NCBI GenBank assembly: GCA_942493095.1
Contig: OW818675.1
Span: 570,001 to 602,000, forward strand
DNA from: Candidatus Electronema halotolerans
GTDB taxonomy: Bacteria > Desulfobacterota > Desulfobulbia > Desulfobulbales > Desulfobulbaceae
Direction of reading: 5' to 3'
Length of the DNA: 32,000 nucleotides
The position numbers and the translations under genes were made by a program. The notes under the pieces are model-generated. The model did no database searches. It saw nothing but the letters and a program-made list of their open reading frames with translations, and was not told where the DNA came from. Below are positions 27,024 through 32,000 of this stretch, one piece after another (the stretch's first letter is position 1; the number at the start of each line of letters is the position of its first letter).

Positions 27024-28316
27024 TTACCGTGCCTTTATCTTCATGCTTCGCTCCATATAATTAAATGCCATCCAGAAATTTGCTTGTGTCCATAACAATG
27101 GAGTGGTATCACCAGGAATATACTGACCATGCTCCAAATAATAAAGTTCCGGGCATTTAAATCCTCCGAAGCGACTGTCTTCCGGCGTAAGCTGGCTTAA
27201 TGAGCGGTTGAAATAGTCTATTTGCAGTTGCAGGAAACGCTTGTCGTGTGTTTTCTGATAGTTCATCCCATAGATGATAGACATGACAGGATCAAAAATA
27301 CACCATTGCGCTTCTTGACCAGATTGCAATAAACTATCACGTTCAGCAATATTATCACTCACATCAATTGTTCTTTCCTCTTCTTTTACTTTCTCTTTGT
27401 AATCAGCAGACCAATAGGAATCGCCTAAATAGCGGCGGATACCATAGTCTCCTTGTAAATGCGTTCTGACATCATTGAGGATTTGATCGGCAATTTCTTC
27501 GCTGACGACATTCAGAGGGAATATCAGAAATAATAAAGCTGCGTCATAACGGCGGTACTTTTCAGGCTGGATACATTCGGCTGGCAAGATGGCATTTAAC
27601 GCTTCCTGGCCTTTGGCAATCAATCCAGTTACGAACTCGCTGGTAATAATTTTATCCTTACAATGAATAGAATATCTGTTTTCGCCGATTATTTTATTTA
27701 ATTCGATTAATGCGGCAACCACCACGCCAATACTGGATGCTTCAACTTTTCGCACTTCTTCCCAATGACCGCTGTCTTCATCTTGCCAGTAAGCGATTTT
27801 ATCGAAATACAAGGCAAACAAGGCGAGCAATTCTGTTTGCGCTGCGTTGAGTTCGGCAATGGCGTGTTCATTGTAGAGTTTGCAGAACAGCCAGAGAAAA
27901 TATCCAAGCGCGTCATTTTCAGCGTGCGCCCATTTTTGCTTGATTTCGGACAGATCATTGCCGTTGAAGCGAATATGAGGGCGATTCATCGGGTCGTTAA
28001 AATCTAACTCACCGGCAATAATTTTTTCAAATCGCCATTGGTGCTTGATGAAATAGTCAGTGAATGCGGTGATGTTTTTGATGGCGATGTCAGTTTTGCC
28101 ATTCAGATAATGGGCGTAGGCGATATGAATATTGTCACGTATCCAAACGTTATTATAGCCGGTATATTCAGATTCAGTTTGCAAATTGGCTGCTGGAAAG
28201 AGACCATTGTCTAACAATGGAAACAAAAAAGAATCTTTCCCGGTTAAGAGATCGAAAATATCCTTCAAGTTTGATGAAGAATATTCTCTTGCAACTATGC
28301 TGTAGTTGATCGACAT
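27024..28316 (-). CDS. glycoside hydrolase family 15-like (alpha/alpha)6-barrel protein, catalytic domain only
   Basis: About 430 aa and AT-rich. Motifs VWIRDN, HAENDALGYFLW, DEDSGHWEEV, GIRRYLGDSYW and PLLWTQANF are typical of the GH15 / phosphorylase-kinase alpha-beta domain. I see no signal peptide and no N-terminal beta-sandwich domain. The ATG at 28316 is preferred over the TTG at 28325. Confidence 0.8.
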   Translation of the reverse strand: MSINYSIVAREYSSSNLKDIFDLLTGKDSFLFPLLDNGLFPAANLQTESEYTGYNNVWIRDNIHIAYAHYLNGKTDIAIKNITAFTDYFIKHQWRFEKIIAGELDFNDPMNRPHIRFNGNDLSEIKQKWAHAENDALGYFLWLFCKLYNEHAIAELNAAQTELLALFALYFDKIAYWQDEDSGHWEEVRKVEASSIGVVVAALIELNKIIGENRYSIHCKDKIITSEFVTGLIAKGQEALNAILPAECIQPEKYRRYDAALLFLIFPLNVVSEEIADQILNDVRTHLQGDYGIRRYLGDSYWSADYKEKVKEEERTIDVSDNIAERDSLLQSGQEAQWCIFDPVMSIIYGMNYQKTHDKRFLQLQIDYFNRSLSQLTPEDSRFGGFKCPELYYLEHGQYIPGDTTPLLWTQANFWMAFNYMERSMKIKAR

Positions 28317-28894
28317 TGCGCACAACCTTTCTTTATCTTTCCAGAAGCATCAAAAAGAACATCTAAATGTTTTCTGTAAGAAAACTCAGCTAAATAGATA
28401 ACAATCAGTGAGATTATTCCAACCAATAAAAAAATAATTCCTTTCATTATGCTTGGGTTAGTTGCACGCAAAAAAGGAACTAAACTATAACCCATTAAGA
28501 TGATAGACATTGCCATGCTTGACCAGTACAAGACAAAATCTTCAAGATTAAACAAATATCTACCTCCACCATGCGAATTACTGCACAATTCACCAACATA
28601 TTTTTCATAGGGGTCGTTGCTGTAATTTAAAAAACATGCAACGACTAATATACGAATATTATTATGATAACAAAGCAAGTCAACGTAAGCGCAAACAAAA
28701 GGGATAATACAAAGAATATAGTCTGGCTCCATTGCCCATCCAGTAGTATTGCCATTAAAACCTAATCCAATTGCACCCAATGAAGCTATTGCTATTAGCT
28801 TATATTTCAAGAAATCCATTCTTGCTTTTTGAGACTCTACAATTTCTTCCCGCAAGGATGTAATCTCATCATTTATATTTATCTCTTGAGACAT
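28295..28894 (-). CDS. hypothetical 4-TM membrane protein with an N-terminal coiled-coil-like segment
   Basis: 199 aa and AT-rich. NDEITSLREEIVESQKARMDFLKYK is followed by four hydrophobic helices. The 3' end overlaps the GH15-like gene start by at least 22 nt. Confidence 0.6.
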   Translation of the reverse strand: MSQEININDEITSLREEIVESQKARMDFLKYKLIAIASLGAIGLGFNGNTTGWAMEPDYILCIIPFVCAYVDLLCYHNNIRILVVACFLNYSNDPYEKYVGELCSNSHGGGRYLFNLEDFVLYWSSMAMSIILMGYSLVPFLRATNPSIMKGIIFLLVGIISLIVIYLAEFSYRKHLDVLFDASGKIKKGCAQCRSTTA

Positions 28895-28936
28895 ATCTCT
28901 ACCTCATCCTTTTGCATGTCTTTTGTATTTCTTCAA

Positions 28937-29458
28937 TTAGTTAAGTTTCCCTTTCGCAATACTCTTTACAGCTTCCTTCATATCACTGGGTGTACCACGA
29001 AGAACATCACCAACTTTCCCGGTTAATTCACCCAATATCGCACTTGCTATCCCCATAGAATTATTTTTTAGTTCTTCATCGCTAACGGTACCATCTTTAT
29101 ACAATTCACATATTGATATTACTATTAATCCGCTTACGGTATGAAGAAGTACAGTTGCAGCGCAATTTGCAACTACCCCAATCCCAGGAATATATCCAAT
29201 AACTACATTGGCTATACTAGCTCCAGCCGCAGCACCAGGTATTACGCCAATAAATGTTGACATCCCGGAAAGTGACCTGTACCCATAAACATCAACTATC
29301 TCTTCACACATATTAATAGTAACACCTGTTAATAACGCTCCTGACAAAATAGGCCCTGCGAATGGTATTGCAGTAGTCAACGCCATTGGAACTGCAATTG
29401 CTATAGCATCTGTAACCTTGCCCCAAGCTGAGTCAAATGTCGACATGATCAACTCCAT
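28937..29458 (-). CDS. small Gly/Ala-rich membrane protein, DUF697-like by motif recollection
   Basis: AIPFAGPILSGALLTGVTINMCEEIVDVYG and YIPGIGVVANCAATVLLHTVSG resemble the two conserved blocks of DUF697 (YcjF-type) domains. The second Met (29446) has the better GGAG Shine-Dalgarno sequence. Confidence 0.55.
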   Translation of the reverse strand: MELIMSTFDSAWGKVTDAIAIAVPMALTTAIPFAGPILSGALLTGVTINMCEEIVDVYGYRSLSGMSTFIGVIPGAAAGASIANVVIGYIPGIGVVANCAATVLLHTVSGLIVISICELYKDGTVSDEELKNNSMGIASAILGELTGKVGDVLRGTPSDMKEAVKSIAKGKLN

Positions 29459-29510
29459 TCATCATATTGATTAAATAGAACAAACTTATAGATACAGATA
29501 CGCTAATAAT

Positions 29511-29963
29511 CTACTCACCACCCCCGCTCTCCTTCTTCTCCTTCTTATGCCCGGGCTTGAAGGCCCCCATGAAATCAAGAAGGAACTGCCCTTCCTCGGC
29601 AATCTCAGGATACGCCTCGGCAAAGTCGCGGATGCGGCGGGCCGTGTCGTACATGGCCTCGATGCACCTGTCGGTGGCCTGAAGCCGCTGATGATAGACG
29701 GACAGATGCAGCTTGTCCAGCAGATGCTCGGCAGGCTCAAGGCGGAGGACTTCAGCCAAGCCCTGCTCCAGTCCGGCGAGAACAGCGGCATCAAGCCTGA
29801 GCGTCTCTCCGTGCTTCTGGACAAAGCGGGCAGCATCGTCAGCCACGGCCTGATAGCCGGGCAGGGATTTGTGCAGGGACTGGATATCGTTCGCATCCAG
29901 TGGGGGCAGGATTTCCACGTTCAACAGCTCGGCGACCTTTTCGAGATCAGTCTTTTCCGGCAT
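29511..29963 (-). CDS. hypothetical protein, 150 aa, GC-rich and helical, with a Lys/Glu/Gly tail
   Basis: A strong AAGGAGG Shine-Dalgarno sequence lies upstream of the ATG at 29963. I recognise no family motif. Confidence 0.55.
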   Translation of the reverse strand: MPEKTDLEKVAELLNVEILPPLDANDIQSLHKSLPGYQAVADDAARFVQKHGETLRLDAAVLAGLEQGLAEVLRLEPAEHLLDKLHLSVYHQRLQATDRCIEAMYDTARRIRDFAEAYPEIAEEGQFLLDFMGAFKPGHKKEKKESGGGE

Positions 29964-30118
29964 GGCGGGCCTCCTTTGAGGGAATTTGATGAGGATAGCG
30001 CAAATTAGCGCGGCAAAAGCACGCTGTCAAGAAAAAAATATGCGGTGCGCGGCAGCGAAGCAAAATCTTCGCTCTGCGATCAAAGAGGAGAATTGGATGA
30101 GGAAATAGAAAAAATATA

Positions 30119-30186
30119 CCTGCTCATAGGAAAAGCCTATGAGGAAACAGACGCGGCCTATTTGCTCATCCCTTTTTCCTATGAGC
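30119..30186. repeat. perfect 16-bp inverted repeat with nested sub-hairpins, function unknown
   Basis: ctgctcataggaaaag (30119-30134) pairs with cttttcctatgagcag (30171-30186). The left arm also pairs locally with cctatgag at 30135-30142. The repeat lies between the vapC stop and the promoter region of the 150-aa gene. Confidence 0.6.
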
Positions 30187-30212
30187 AGATAGGCGGAGAC
30201 TGTGAAGAGAGG

Positions 30213-30605
30213 TCAGCCGCTGATCAGCAGTTCGTCCAGTTCGCTGTACGCTGAAAACCAGCCGTCAAGGCTGATCAGTTTGCTTTTGCTGACAATCGCT
30301 GTGGCGATGATGAATCTGTCCGCAGGGTCTTTATGATGATACGGAAGCTGGCCCGCAAGCTGCGCTGCCGCCGCGCTGACCGGGAGGACCTGCACATCGG
30401 AGCCGCGCAAAGCCTCCTTCAGCCATTGGTCAATTGGCAGGGGCAGCTCAATCCGGCGGAACCGCTCCAGCAGGACAACCTCCCAGCAGGAAATGGCGGA
30501 GACGGCCAAGGCATCGGCAGTTTCAATCAAATCAATGAGATTCTGCGGCAGCGGATCATCCGGCAGCAGCCAGCGCAGCCAGATGTGGGTATCCATCAGG
30601 ATCAT
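30213..30605 (-). CDS. vapC: PIN-domain ribonuclease toxin (VapC family), paralogue of 24471-24863
   Basis: MILMDTHIWLRW..., CWEV, DPADRFIIATA and SLD are present. The ATGA overlaps the upstream antitoxin stop. Confidence 0.85.
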   Translation of the reverse strand: MILMDTHIWLRWLLPDDPLPQNLIDLIETADALAVSAISCWEVVLLERFRRIELPLPIDQWLKEALRGSDVQVLPVSAAAAQLAGQLPYHHKDPADRFIIATAIVSKSKLISLDGWFSAYSELDELLISG

Positions 30606-30829
30606 CGCAGAATGTCCCAGTCTTCCGGCGGAGCGGCGGGCGACACGATATCGCCGAGAATCTTTCCTTTGCCGCTGATTGCGAAGGAGGGCTTGCGCCG
30701 TTTCTTCGCTTTCTTCCTGTCCTCCGGCAGCAGAAAAATTGCTTCCATACGAATGTTCGGCGGCAGCTGCGGTTGATGCAGCAGCCTGCCGTGCTGATCG
30801 GTCTCAAGAATGATTCGTTTAGTCTGCAT
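30602..30829 (-). CDS. putative antitoxin partner of VapC
   Basis: 75 aa, translationally coupled to the PIN gene, with a basic central KKAKKRRK patch and a C-terminal EDWDIL tail. Confidence 0.6.
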   Translation of the reverse strand: MQTKRIILETDQHGRLLHQPQLPPNIRMEAIFLLPEDRKKAKKRRKPSFAISGKGKILGDIVSPAAPPEDWDILR

Positions 30830-30923
30830 GATGCCTCCTGTCAGTTTACGCTGATGAGCGTATCTTGCCGCGTTTATTCTGTCAAGCGGAACAAGGATTG
30901 GGAAAAGCCGGAGCCTATAAACA

Positions 30924-30955
30924 GAAAAGCCCCTCCCGTTTTCCCGGAAGGGGCC
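30924..30955 (-). terminator. rho-independent terminator of nifJ
   Basis: On the minus strand, ccccttccg-ggaaaa-cgggagggg forms a stem (8 of 9 pairs) followed by CUUUUCUGUUU. It begins about 25 nt after the nifJ stop. Confidence 0.6.
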
Positions 30956-30978
30956 TGCTTGACGGAATCAGTCAGGAC

Positions 30979-32000
<1,022 letters not shown>

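Noticed and set aside
30045-30254. 69-aa plus-strand ORF in the vapC-2 / 150-aa intergenic region
   Set aside because: It spans the palindromic region and runs into the vapC 3' end on the opposite strand. It has no Shine-Dalgarno sequence and is more likely a by-product of the inverted repeats.

Overview
This is a chromosomal window from a fairly GC-rich bacterium. The housekeeping genes suggest an anaerobe: pntAA/AB/B transhydrogenase, a hybrid sensor kinase, acs, rsgA, adk, hom, a GGDEF cyclase, feoA/feoB, panB, rsmH and the 3' part of PFOR/nifJ. Two visibly AT-rich accessory islands interrupt this backbone. Island 1 (about 10.6-14.8 kb) sits between adk and rsgA. It carries a type II restriction-modification pair plus 3-4 co-oriented genes I cannot assign, ending in a 2-TM effector-like protein. 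Island 2 (about 24.46-31.04 kb) is bracketed by a direct duplication of about 872 bp of the nifJ 3' end. It holds three PIN-type toxin-antitoxin modules, a decayed IS481-family element, and an AT-rich three-gene cassette: a DUF697-like membrane protein, a 4-TM protein and a stand-alone GH15-like (alpha/alpha)6 enzyme. That cassette is my best candidate for an undescribed system, followed by the unknown genes next to the R-M pair. A MITE-like element with about 32-bp terminal inverted repeats caps the truncated nifJ copy. I saw no rRNA, tRNA or CRISPR array. All family assignments come from motif recognition by eye and need HMM or BLAST confirmation.
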